A stretch of 64,000 nucleotides of DNA. It comes from Octopus vulgaris (taxonomy: Eukaryota). Position 1 is the stretch's first letter; each line of letters begins with the position of its first letter. Made by a program: the position numbers and the translations under genes. The notes under the pieces were generated by a model, which worked only from the letters and a program-made list of their open reading frames with translations, was not told the origin of the DNA and ran no database searches. This document shows, one piece after another, positions 51,920-64,000 of this stretch. The stretch covers positions 7,130,001 through 7,194,000 of the forward strand of contig OX597814.1 in assembly GCA_951406725.2 (NCBI GenBank). Direction: 5' to 3'.

Positions 51920-51969
51920 TTCCCATGCCGGGAATCGAACCCGGGCCGCCTGGGTGAAAGCCAGGAATC
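51920..51969 (-). pseudogene. 5'-truncated tRNA-Glu(TTC) fragment
   Basis: Minus: GATT-CCTGG-CTTTCAC-CCAGG-CGG-CCCGGGTTCGATTCCCGG-CATGGGAA; anticodon arm, T arm and 3' acceptor strand intact; 5' acceptor strand and most of the D arm absent. Confidence 0.88.
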
Positions 51970-52324
51970 GTTATATAACGATATATATGGACAGCTATAT
52001 AGTTACATATGGGAGACAGTTATATATGTCTTTAGACTGTGGACCCCATTGCCTTCAGGGTTACAAACTCCTGATCTTATTGCCTTCCTGTGGCTTCTAG
52101 ACTGTTGACCCCGTTACCCTCAGGATCCATCGTTAGACTAAAATTCAAATGCTTATTATAGTCAATTGTTGAGTGTTGATTCAGGAGTATGTTAAGGGGG
52201 TCCATATTTGGTAATTTATAATTTTGAGATCAAATCCAAGTGAAACTGTTTTAATATTTTAACATAATACCAAAACAGTGGATTAACTCAAATATTCAGT
52301 TTTGATTTATGTATGAAAAATAAG

Positions 52325-52660
52325 GCGCGTGGCTCAATGGTTAGAGCATCGAGCTTACGATCGTGAGGTTGTGAGGTCGAATCCTGGACCGGGCTGCGTG
52401 TTGTGTTCTTGAGCAAGACACTTTATTTCACGTTGCTCCAGTACACTCAGCTGTAGAAATGAGTTGCGACGTCACAGGTGCCAAGCTGTATCGGCCCTTG
52501 CGTTTCCCTTGGACAACATCGGTGACGTGGAGAGGGGAGGCCGGTATGCATGGGCGACTGCTGGTCTTCCATAAAACAACCTTGCCCAGACTTGTGCCTC
52601 AGAGGGTAACTCTCTAGGTGCAAACCCATGGTCAGTGTCTGACCGAAGGTGGTCACCACC
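52325..52660 (+). mobile_element. tRNA-derived CORE-like SINE, family D
   Basis: TGGCTCAATGGTTAG A box, GGTCGAATCC B box, CORE-like TTCTTGAGCAAGACACTTTA..CAGCTGTAGAAATGAG; TSD ATGAAAAATAAG at 52313 and 52661. Confidence 0.88.
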
Positions 52661-53448
52661 ATGAAAAATAAGAGTTACTATTAATCAACCAATCATTAGT
52701 CAGACAGAACTGAAGTAATTAGTGATGCAGCCCCAAAGTAATTAAAAAGATATGCTCGAAAGTAATGCCACGGAGGCTTTATAATTTGGCCACAGCGACT
52801 GATTGAGTGTTTTACTCAAAGTAAACAGTCCCCTAATTACTATGCAAATATGTTGTTTAACGTACAATCATGTGCGATACAAAACATTTCTGCATTAAAG
52901 TAAGAAGCATTCACTGAACAGCAATAAATTTCTCCTCAGTTTGCAATCATTTTACTTTTAGTATCTGAGAAAGGAAGTCAATAAAGAAAGATCAATTTCT
53001 CTTCTGCCTCGCAACCATCCACTTTCTATAAACAAGATTCTATCAATCTTGTCCTCATTCACTCTTCATAACAATGCCACTTGTTCTACTCATTTTATAG
53101 TCTACATTATAAACTTGTTTTCACTTTATTCTCTTGTTAAAATAACATTAATTTCTTGACAATAATTTTTTTTTTTTAAATAATAACCATTATCTGAATA
53201 CAACTGAAAATTCCAATACCAAACATGTTTATGCCGTTTCTAGTATGTTTGTTTAGCCGACTTGCTTAGGACACATTTCTATGTATATGATAAGACACGA
53301 GTGTTTATATGCATTTAATTATGGATGCCTTGTTCATTATGTATGCCTGGATGCACAAACCTTGTTTTATGTCGATTTTGTATTTTTTTTATAGTAAAAA
53401 CTCACAGAGAATAAACTCTCATTAATGTGTTTTAGAAATGTGTGCGTG

Positions 53449-53706
<258 letters not shown>

Positions 53707-54420
53707 GATGATACAAATGAAATACTGAAAAGTTATATACGTGTGTCTATAAGAAGAAACTTGTGTATAAAATATGTGTATGTCATTCATTTGAAGGAAG
53801 TGTTGATGCTTGACTTCTCATCCAGACCCATGCCTTTGTTAAATCAATTTTATGGCACCAAACTGTAATATATTTCCTTCTTACAACCGGTCTACGTATT
53901 AATTCCTACTCTCTCCAGTTACACTTGTCAGACAGTATCACTTCATGTTAATATTTATTTGCTGGGATCTGGTCTTAATTTGCCAGTTGGAAATAAATAC
54001 AAGAGATGTAATATGGTTTGCAGTCATAGCAGAGCTTTGACGTTTTGCCAGAGAAAATGGAAATATGAATTTATTGAGTAAAAGATCTTTTATTGTGATG
54101 CCACTTGATAATATTGAAGTATCAATCTAATTATTGTATATTTATTGGGTTAATGTAACCTACTTACTTTTAAAACTTCAACAGATATATAAGACAAACT
54201 ATAGAGCGTTCAGTGAGCAAACTGGCTGTGATGGCTGTACAGCTTCATCGTTGTCTTCGTTGCCATCGTCATCATCATCAGTCTTAGACCTAAAACTATT
54301 TTCCACTATCAAGCATGTTGAGCATGTCCATTAAATCATTTTAAATCATCCATGCCATTTCCAGTTATGCCTTTAACTCTGTCTTGAGATAATTGTTTCC
54401 ATTAGGTTCTCTCACCACTG

Positions 54421-56028
54421 ATATTTGCTCTCTGTGATATTAATACATTGAGGGCAGCGAGATGGCAGAAACGTTAGCACACCGGGCGAAATGCATAGCC
54501 GTATTTCGTCTGCCGTTACGTTCTGAGTTCAAATTCTGCCGAGGTCGACTTTGCCTTTCATCCTTTCGGGGTCAATTAAACAAGTACCAGTTATGCACTG
54601 GGGTCAATATAATCGACTTAATCCCTTTGTCTGTCCTTGTTTGTCCTCTCTGTGTTTAGCCCCTTGTGGGTAGTAAAGAAATAGATATTTGCTCTCTGTG
54701 ATATTAATACATTGAGGGCAGCGAGCTGGCAGAAACGTTAGCACACCGGGCGAAATGCATAGCCGTATTTCGTCTGCCGTTACGTTCTGAGTTCAAATTC
54801 TGCCGAGGTCGACTTTGCCTTTCATCCTTTCGGGGTCAATTAAACAAGTACCAGTTATGCACTGGGGTCAATATAATCGACTTAATCCCTTTGTCTGTCC
54901 TTGTTTGTCCTCTCTGTGTTTAGCCCCTTGTGGGTAGTAAAGAAATAGATATTTGCTCTCTGTGATATTAATACATTGAGGGCAGCGAGATGGCAGAAAC
55001 ATTAGCACGCCGGTCGAAATGCATAGCTGTATTTCGTCTGCCCTTATGTTCTGAGTTCAAATTCTGCCGAGGTCGACTTTGCCTTTCATCCTTTCGGGGT
55101 CAATTAAACAAGTACCAGTTACGCACTGGGGTCAATATAATCGACTTAATCCCTTTGTCTGTCCTTGTTTGTCCTCTCTGTGTTTAGCCCCTTGTGGGTA
55201 GTAAAGAAATAGGTATTTGCTCTCTGTGATATTAATACATTGAGGGCAGCGAGATGGCAGAAACATTAGCACGCCGGGCGAAATGCATAGCTGTATTTCG
55301 TCTGCCCTTATGTTCTGAGTTCAAATTCTGCCGAGGTCGACTTTGCCTTTCATCCTTTCGGGGTCAATTAAACAAGTACCAGTTATGCATTGGGGTCAAT
55401 ATAATCGACTTAATCCCTTTGTCTGTCCTTGTTTGTCCTCTCTGTGTTTAGCCCCTTGTGGGTAGTAAAGAAATAGATATTTGCTCTCTGTGATATTAAT
55501 ACATTGAGGGCAGCGAGATGGCAGAAACATTAGCACGCCGGGCGAAATGCATAGCTGTATTTCGTCTGCCCTTATGTTCTGAGTTCAAATTCTGCCGAGG
55601 TCGACTTTGCCTTTCATCCTTTCGGGGTCAATTAAACAAGTACCAGTTACGCACTGGGGTCAATATAATCGACTTAATCCCTTTGTCTGTCCTTGTTTGT
55701 CCTCTCTGTGTTTAGCCCCTTGTGGGTAGTAAAGAAATAGATATTTGCTCTCTGTGATATTAATACATTGAGGGCAGCGAGCTGGCAGAAACGTTAGCAC
55801 GCCGGGCGAAATGCATAGCCGTATTTCGTCTGCCGTTACGTTCTGAGTTCAAATTCTGCCGAGGTCGACTTTGCCTTTCATCCTTTCGGGGTCAATTAAA
55901 CAAGTACCAGTTACGCACTGGGGTCAATATAATCGACTTAATCCCTTTGTCTGTCCTTGTTTGTCCTCTCTGTGTTTAGCCCCTTGTGGGTAGTAAAGAA
56001 ATAGGTATTTGCTCTCTGTGATATTAAT
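54421..56028 (+). repeat. 6 x 264 bp tandem array of SINE family C plus flank
   Basis: Units at 54421, 54685, 54949, 55213, 55477 and 55741; partial seventh TATTTGCTCTCTGTGATATTAAT at 56006. Confidence 0.97.
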
Positions 56029-57886
56029 CCATTTAATTTAGCATGTCCCTCACAGAGTGGTCAAGTTGATAGTTAACTGGACTACAAACAAAAGAAAAAT
56101 AACTAAAGTACAATTGTTGCATGGATCACAACTAAAAACACTCCGTCTCCCTTTAAATATCAACATCCTGCAACAACTATCTGTAACAGCATTGCATTAA
56201 CCTTACCATTACCAAGAGTCTCTCCTGATGCAGGCACATTCTCAACATAGTCACAGGACCAGAAAATATTTCAGACCCCTTTAATTGCTATCCTTCAACA
56301 AACATCAATCAAGACTCACAATGGAATACTGCTGTTCCCCTTCTATCACATGGAACGCTGCTGCTGCCGCTCAACAGACATTGATGCACCCACAAATACA
56401 CTCTGGTTGTTTTGTTCTACATCTACTCTCATCTCTTTTTATCCTCTTATCAACCATAATGTCTTATACACCCTTCAAGCTCCTTACCAACCAATCCTTC
56501 TTCCCCAAAATATTGTCCATCTGGAATTCTTTTCCCTGTATATGTTGATGTTGCTTAGTCACAGTGGTCCTTTTAAAACCATGGACACAGGCTGTTGTGT
56601 GTAGTTTCATTCTAATGGGATTGACAATTCAATATGAAGCCATTGTTATTGTTTTACGTGTTTATTTACTTTACATGTTACACGAACTGTCAACATTCAG
56701 CGTAGTGATACATATGTACTTTAGACACAGTTCGTACTGTTACTAACAAAATAGTGCCAAAAGTGGGGATGTATTCTACATACGTATACCTGCGTATACA
56801 CATAGATATGAATGTGTAACACAGGCCATCTGTTCAGTCCATCATCATTTAATGTCTGTTTCATATTGTTGGATGATTTGACAGGATCCGGTGGGCCCAA
56901 GGTTTCATAATGCCCCACTTTGTCTACTTTGGAGTGGTTCTATAGCTGGATGGCCCTCCAAATGCCAACCACTTTACAGTGTACACTGGGTGCTTTTTCT
57001 TGTGTGCCACCAGCACTTGTGAGGTTGCCATACAGCTTGCAAGACCACAAGCCAAAGGGGGCAGCTTTATGCTAGGATATGAGGGGTAAAAATATGAAAG
57101 AAGGGTCCTGCTCAGAAGAGGTTCCTTGTTGTAGAGGAGCTACATGGCTATTCACAGTTTAGTAGAGATGATAAGGGTGGTTGGGTGCAGTTAGAAGTGA
57201 CATAAATAGAGGTGATACATCAGTGTAGGCCCTTAATGTACACAGTGAATAGAAACCAATAAAAGATTTTAAAGAATTGGAATCCGTCATTAAAAGTCAT
57301 TTCCATGGCTATGATATTTTAATTATTATACTAATTACTCAAACATAATCATTTCTAACTCATTGGCAGTGAGTTTGTGTCTTTCAACATGATTCATAAT
57401 ACAGTATTTTATTCCTGATAAAATTTGTTTCTTCCTGTGCCTGGACTACTGTATAATGTATAACTTGCTAAAAAACTGATTTTGAAAAGGGGAAAATTAT
57501 CTTAAAGATCAAAGTGTTTCTGGGCTGAAATGCAGAACCTTTTTATTTATTTATAAAGCATAATGGCTTTTGATAAATAATGTTACATCCCTCAGTCAAC
57601 ATAAAGAAAAGTCGATACCATTTCTTCCTCATAAAAAATAATTTGTCTCAAGAAGAGTAACCAACTGCAGCAAGTTGTTTTTCAGTTTATGACACCTTTT
57701 CCAACTTGGGACAAACAGGTAAAAATTACACAAATAAAACAGTATTTGTTAATAATAACAACTTGTAAGAGAGAAACCATCATTATTAAATGACGAAATC
57801 AAGTTTTAGGTCACTAATCACAGGCTGGCATGTTTTATATATAGAGTCGAGACAGATATCGTCAGCTGACCGATGTCTGCTACTCT

Positions 57887-57925
57887 AGGCCGATGAAGGA
57901 CAATCATCCTGAAATACGTGTCCCT
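57887..57925 (+). ncRNA. Minimal hammerhead ribozyme-like motif (U4C core)
   Basis: AGG-CCGAUGA-AGGA(CAAUCA)UCCU-GAAA-UACGUG-UC-CCU; preceded by a hairpin at 57842-57887. Confidence 0.72.
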
Positions 57926-58995
57926 TGATGCAGCCCCAGGGCGGTTGGGGTGTTTGTCTCCCCTTCGTAAATGTATATAAGGACACAGGAAAAATGTGTC
58001 AAAGCCATCAGGAGGCGTCGATGCTTCCTAGGGCTAAACAGCGGTGGTGTACCCCCTACTGTTGCGTTCGTGTTAGATTGACAGTATACAACCATTCTAT
58101 GAAGTATAGGAATCTAAACAATTGTTGTTAATGCCATGGTTTCAAACTCTGTATTGTAGTTAGACCTGAGATAAGTGACTCAGCAGAAAGACACATATTT
58201 ATAATAACATTCATTTTGGTTTTTCCTTCAATGTTCTTCCAACATTGAAATTTTGCCTTTCATCTTTCTAGAGTTCATAAAATCATCATCATCTTCATCA
58301 TTATTATCATGTTACATTTGTTTTTCATACTGGTATACTTTAGAAAGATTGTCATGGTTTGAATCACTTTTTATTCAAAATTTCTGCCCTCCCAGAGTGG
58401 GTAAGTGGTTGTGCCTTGCTCGTTTGGCTTTTCATGTGGTTTCTACAGTTAGATGTTCTTCCCAATACCAATTCCTTTACAAGGTATTTTGGATGGATTT
58501 TATCATGGCACTAACACTAGAGAGGTTGCCATGTCTTCAATAAGATACAACCAGTCCTGTACATATAATTCTCCCCTACAAAACTAATTTGTCATTCTCT
58601 GATCAAAAGAGATCAATTATTCAAAGATTCTATAGTAAACTATGCTTGACCATGGAACTTATTCGTAGTACAGTTGGCTGAAATAAGTTTGGTGGTGATG
58701 GACATAGTCTGGACCCAATGTTAAACATTCAACCACTTCTCTTGTTCTCTTGCATTTCACCATTTTCAAATAAAATGAAACAAAAAATGTCCTAAACAGA
58801 AAAATACTGGGATAAGGATTTAAAAGACCAAACATTATTTATACCTACTTATATAGATGGTTTTCTCATCCTTCATCATAATCTCATGATCCAGTCTCTT
58901 GTTCAAAGTGATTCTGTTACTATTTGTGGTGTTAAACCTGTTGGATAAGACAAAAACTCTCTCTAATCTATTCAAACTGTTCTGAAATTCCATTT

Positions 58996-59438
58996 CATCA
59001 ACATCATCGTTTAACATCCGTTTTCCATGCTGGCATGGATTGGGCGGTTTGACTGAGGTCTGGCAAGCCAGATGGCTACACCAGGCTCCAATCTGATCTG
59101 GCAATGTTTCTACAACTGGATGCCTTTCCTAATGCCAACCACTCTGAAAGTGTAGTGGGTGCTTTTTACATGCCCCCCGGCTCAGGAGCCAGTCAAGTGG
59201 GCTTGGTAACGTTCACGTTTCGATAGTGCTTTTTACATGCCACCAGCAAGGGGGTCAGTGAGGCAGTACTGGCATCAATCAGGCTTGAATGGTGCTTTTT
59301 ACATGCCACCAGCATGGGAGCCAGTCAGGGGCACTGGCATTGGCCACACTGAGATGGTGCTTTTTTATGTGCCACTAGCAAGGGAGTCAGTCAGGCAGCC
59401 CTGGCATCGATCACGTTTGGATAGTGCTTTTTACATGC
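58996..59438 (-). mobile_element. RTE 3' UTR with about 5 structured units
   Basis: GTGCTTTTTACATGCC repeats at ~60 bp spacing. Confidence 0.85.
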
Positions 59439-59946
59439 CTATTTACCTAAAAAAAATACTAAGGAACCGTTCCATGGTGGAACATCTAGAACATTCACAT
59501 GTTATTGTGTTACATCTTTGGCAGTGGAACAATAGATGAGATGGCAGTAGACTGGCAGTAGAATAGCAGTGGAGTGTCACTGGTTCTAATGACATGAGCT
59601 TGACTGGCTTTGTCATTTATGGATCAAGTTCCCTTTATTTTCATGCATGTGACTACATAACCTTCTTAGAAATAACAGCCAAATCTTCCTTGTTCCATTA
59701 CACCCTGCCTTCTTAAGAAAGCACATTTGCCAATTCAGTCCATGGTACACCATGTTTTATAAGAGTGCATGGTTTGTCATCCCCTGGGGTGTACTGGCTG
59801 ATGGCTGACCTGGAAACAGGGATTCACAAATAAAATATTTCTGTATAAAATGAGCTGCTATAAATGTTGTTTGGTCGATTGTTTTCTCCAGTCATTGAAC
59901 AAAAATGGGGAGATGGAGTAAAAGAACAATACAGAGAGAGTTCAGT

Positions 59947-62900
59947 ACACTGAAAGGTAGGTCTGGTGAGATTGTTGAGATGCTTGAACGGAGATGTGTC
60001 GATATGTGCTGCATCCAAGAAGTAAGGTGGAGAGGAGGTTCTGCTAGGTTCCTCACAGGCAAAGAACACAGGTACAAGATTTTCTGGGCAGGCAACACTG
60101 ACGGGGTTGGGGGTGTGGGTATACTTCTTGCGGAGAAATGGGTTGATAAGGTAATCGAGGGAGTGAGAGTAATTGACAGAATACTTAAGATTAGATTAGT
60201 GCTTCATCATGGGTTAGCAACCATTATCTCAGCCTTTACCCCTCAGCCACGGCTACCCGATGGACAGAAAACCGATTCTATGACACCCTCTTGCAGACTA
60301 CCTTGTTGACGAATGACGGGACCTTCTCTTTGTGGCTGGTGATTTCAATGGACATGTTGGACAACATACAGGGGGCTTCCATGGCACACATGGAGGCTAC
60401 AGTTTTGGTTCCCGCAATGAGGAGGGAACCAGGCTGCTGGAGTTCTTTGATGCAAATTATCTTATGGTTTGCAATACTAACTTCAGGAAACCTACCAGTC
60501 ACCTAGTCACCTACCGTTCTGGCAGACTCACTAGCCAAATTAACTACATCTTCACCAGAAAAAGGGAAAGACGGCTGCTTATAAATGCCAAAACCATCCT
60601 AGGTGAAGAATGTACACCACAACATAGACTGTACACCACAATGACCAGCATGGAGGAGAAGGGTCTGGAAGCTTAAAGGTCCTGCGAATGGACAGAGATT
60701 TAGAGACATATTACTCAAAGCCTTTGATGAAATAGAAGGGGATATAGCTTCACACAATGTAGAAGACAACTGGAGGATTCTACGGGACAACCTGCTGAGA
60801 GCCACTGACCAGATCAGTGGATGGTGCAAAGTCCTCTCTTGACCCAAAATAACGTGGTGGTGGAACAATGTTGTACACAGGGCTATTAGTGAAAAGAAAC
60901 AGGCTTGGAAGGACTGTAAGAACGGTGGTAGCAGGGAATTGTATCAGACTGCCAGAAGGGAAGCTAGGAGATAGGTTTATTCAGCCAGAGGGGAAGCAGA
61001 TATGAAAAAATTTGCCAATGTTCTCTGCCGTGCGGACCAAAGACTTGAGGTATTTCGTGTTGCAAGACAGTGCGTGAGAGATTATCGTGATGTGGTAGGA
61101 GAGAAATGTGTTCGCATGGAGGATGGTTCACTTGCACTAAATGAGGATGCAAAGAGAGAGGTTTGGAGATGTCACTATGAAAGGTTGCTGAATAAAGAAA
61201 ATGAATGGGAGAAAGATAGTCTGCTGAATGTCGACCCAACAGAGGGACCAGCTATCCGAGTTAACAGTACCTTGGTAGATAAAGCAATTAAGAGTATGAA
61301 GACAGGGAAAACCCCCGGCCCATCAGGAATCACTGCAGAGATGCTCAAAATATCTGGTAGTGTCGGCTATAGCCTAGTCACCCGTATAGTTAACCAGGTT
61401 ATGCATGAAGGAGTCATACCCAATGACTGGTGTAGCAGCATAATAGTCAAATGCTACAAAGGTAAAGGTGATGCTTTAGAAACAAGTAATTACAGAGGTA
61501 TCAAGCTGTTGGATCAAGTAATGAAGGTCACGGAGAGGGTCATAGCCCAACTAATTAGGGAGAGAGTCAGTTTGGATGAGATGCAGTTTGGGTTCTTGCC
61601 AGGGAAAAGCACCACTGATGCCATATTTCTGGTAAGACAGCTGCAGGAGAAATACCTAGCCAAAGATAAGCTCCTGTACCTGGCTTTCATCGACATGGAG
61701 AAATCCTTTGACGTGGTCTCCCGATCCCTTAGTTGGTGGTCAATGTGGAAACTAGGGATAGATGGATGGTTAGTGAGAGCCTTGCAAGCCATGTACAGGG
61801 ACGCTGTCAGTAAGGTGAGGGTTGTCAACGAGTACAGTGAAGAATTCAGGATAGAGTTCGGGGTCCAGCAAGGTTCAGTCCTCAGCCCCTTCCTATTTAT
61901 CATAGTCCTCCAGGCAATAAGGGAGGAATTCAAGACAGGATGCCCCTGGGAGCTCCTCTATGCTAATGACCTTGCTCTAATTGCTGAGTCACTACCAGAA
62001 CTAGAGAAGTTTCAAGTGTCGAAAGAAGGATTAGAATTGAAGGGCCTTAGAGTCAACCTAGCTAAAACCAAAGTCCTAATAAGTAGAAAGGCAAGCAAGC
62101 CACAAATCCCTTCAGGTAGATGTCCCTGCTTGATCTGTAGAAAAGGCATAGGTAGAAACTCTATAAGATTTACCCAGTGTAAGCTATGGACACGTAAGAG
62201 GTGCAGCAATGTCAAAGGAAGGCTAACTGGGAAGATAGTTTTTGTATGTGGCAGATGCTCAGGAGCAATAAACACTGAAAATGTGCAGAGAACAACTTCC
62301 GCCACATTCCAGGGAGAAAAACTAGAAGTAGTTGATAGCTTCCATTACCTAGGTGACCAAGTCAGTAGTGGGAGAGGGTGCGCTGGAAGTGTATCTGCTA
62401 GAGTAAGAATAGCATGGGCAAAGTTCAGAGAGCTCTTACCTCTGCTGGTGACAAAAGGTCTCTCGCTCAGAGTAAAAGGTAGACTGTATGACGTATGTGT
62501 ATGAACATCCATGCTACATGGCAGTGAAACATGGGCCGTGACTGCTGATGATATGTGTAAGCTCGCAAGGAATGAAGCCAGTATGCTCCGATGGATGTGC
62601 AATGTCAGTGTGCATACTCAACAGAGTGTAAGTACCTTAAGAGAACAGTTGGACCTAAGAAGCATCAGATGTGGTGTGCAAGAGAGACGTTTGCACTGGT
62701 ATGGTCATGTGGTGAGAATGGATGAGGGTAGTTGTGTGAAAAAGTGTCACACCCTTGTAGTTGAAGGAATCTGTGGAAGAGGTAAACCCAGGAAGACCTG
62801 GGATGAGGTAGTGAAGCATGACCTTCGAACATTGGGCCTCACCAAGGCAATGACTAGTGACTGGGACCTTTGGAAATATGCTGTGCTTGAGAAGACTTGG

Positions 62901-63525
62901 CAAGCTCAAGTGTGACCATAACCTTGTGGCCTATGCCAAGGGTGCAACCAGTCCATTTATGCCTACCTTTCCTTCATTGGACACTCAACTCTGTTTGCAA
63001 AGACCTGTTGAAGTAAATGAAATCAAATCAAAATATCGAAATTGAAATCAAATTCAATGACTGGCATCGGTGCTAGTGGAGCGCTAAGAGCACCATCCAA
63101 GTGTGATCATTACCAGAGCAACCAACTGTCCTCTGTGCCGGTGAAATGTAAAAAGCACCATTCAAGCATGATTGGTACCTGTGTCACCTTACTAGCACTT
63201 GTGCTGGTGGCATGTGAAAAAACATTCGAGCGAGGTCGTTGCCAGTGCTGCTGGACTGGCTCTTGTGCAGGTGGCACATAAAAAGCACCATTTTTGAGTG
63301 TGGCCATTGCCAGTACCGCCTGACTGGCCCTTGTGCCAGTGACACGTAAAAGCACCCACTACACTCTCGGAGTGGTTGGCGTTAGGAAGGGCATCCAGCT
63401 GTAGAAACTCTGCCAAATCAAGATTAGAGCCTGGTGCAGCCATCTGGTTCGGCAGACCTCAGTCAAATCATCCAACCCATGCTAGCATGGAAAGCAGACG
63501 TTAAACAATGATGATGATGATGATG
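59947..63525 (+). mobile_element. RTE-clade LINE, near full length but disabled (APE-RT-PHD-3' UTR-(GAT)n)
   Basis: APE: CIQEVRW, AGDFNGHVG, QINYIF; RT: NYRGIKLL, QFGF, FIDMEKSFD, QGSVLSP, YAND, YLGD; frameshift near 60270, stops near 60840, 60917 and 62502. Confidence 0.95.
61002..62504 (+). pseudogene. RTE reverse transcriptase segment (500 aa) with inserted PHD-type finger; catalytic YADD changed to YAND
   Basis: Motifs in the ORF translation; continues after the stop in 62511-62915 (HGSETW, RLHWYGHV, RGKPRKTW). Confidence 0.9.
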
Positions 63526-64000
63526 TACAGGATGAGTGCACATACTAGGCTTGGTGGCAGGCATTGAGAGAGAGAGAAAGAGTCTATGTGTACACGTGTA
63601 TATGTGTGCATGTGTATATATGGTCATGTGTGTGTGTGTAAACTTCCATAATGATATCAACTCAAAGTAATTTTGTTTTCAACTTTTAAACTTTTGAATC
63701 TTGTTTTTAATTAAGGTAATAAATTTTAAGGTAATAAATATTTTTCCTTTGATAATTGCTATTTGTTTCCCTCATTTTGTATAAACACCAAGAAATTTGA
63801 TAAAAGTTTAACTGTAAATTTTGCATGTCTGAGGTATTTCTTGATATTACCCCTGAAGGAAAAAGTATACCTCCAAAGCTACCCATCATATAAGAGTAAA
63901 CCTCTGGTACATTTATATATGATGATAATGATGATGATGGCTGTCCACGTATGAATGAGGAAAACCATCACTGACTGTTGCCAGTGCAAAATGCCATCAA

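Noticed and set aside
52325-52400. tRNA gene
   Set aside because: It is the head of a SINE with body, tail and TSD; there is no proper acceptor stem
54462-55715. Repeated 65 aa ORF MAETLA..
   Set aside because: Incidental frame in a SINE; the ATG is absent in units 2 and 6
59947-63525. Active LINE
   Set aside because: Frameshift, several stops, YAND in place of YADD and a missing 5' end

Overview
AT-rich, repeat-dense animal genomic DNA with no intact host gene visible. The SINE and LINE repertoire resembles octopus (inferred from family resemblance, not searched). It contains at least 4 tRNA-derived SINE families, a 5'-truncated and disabled RTE LINE carrying a PHD-type finger plus about 13 detached copies of its structured 3' UTR, and CR1, R4/Dong and L1/Tx1-like fragments. 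DNA elements include mariner/Tc1 pieces, a GC-rich Charlie/SPIN-like hAT and a non-autonomous Helitron. There is also a ~3.8 kb (CATA)n satellite and a 6 x 264 bp SINE tandem array. The most striking signal is a dispersed set of minimal type-I hammerhead ribozyme motifs: 8 complete or near-complete and several partial, from about 6 unrelated sequence families. Some form inverted pairs, one has a compensatory A3-U8 core, and they lie in Penelope-like pseudo-LTR fragments, usually next to (TA)n tracts; a Penelope GIY-YIG endonuclease remnant is also present. Most ORF-track entries are microsatellite or SINE artefacts.
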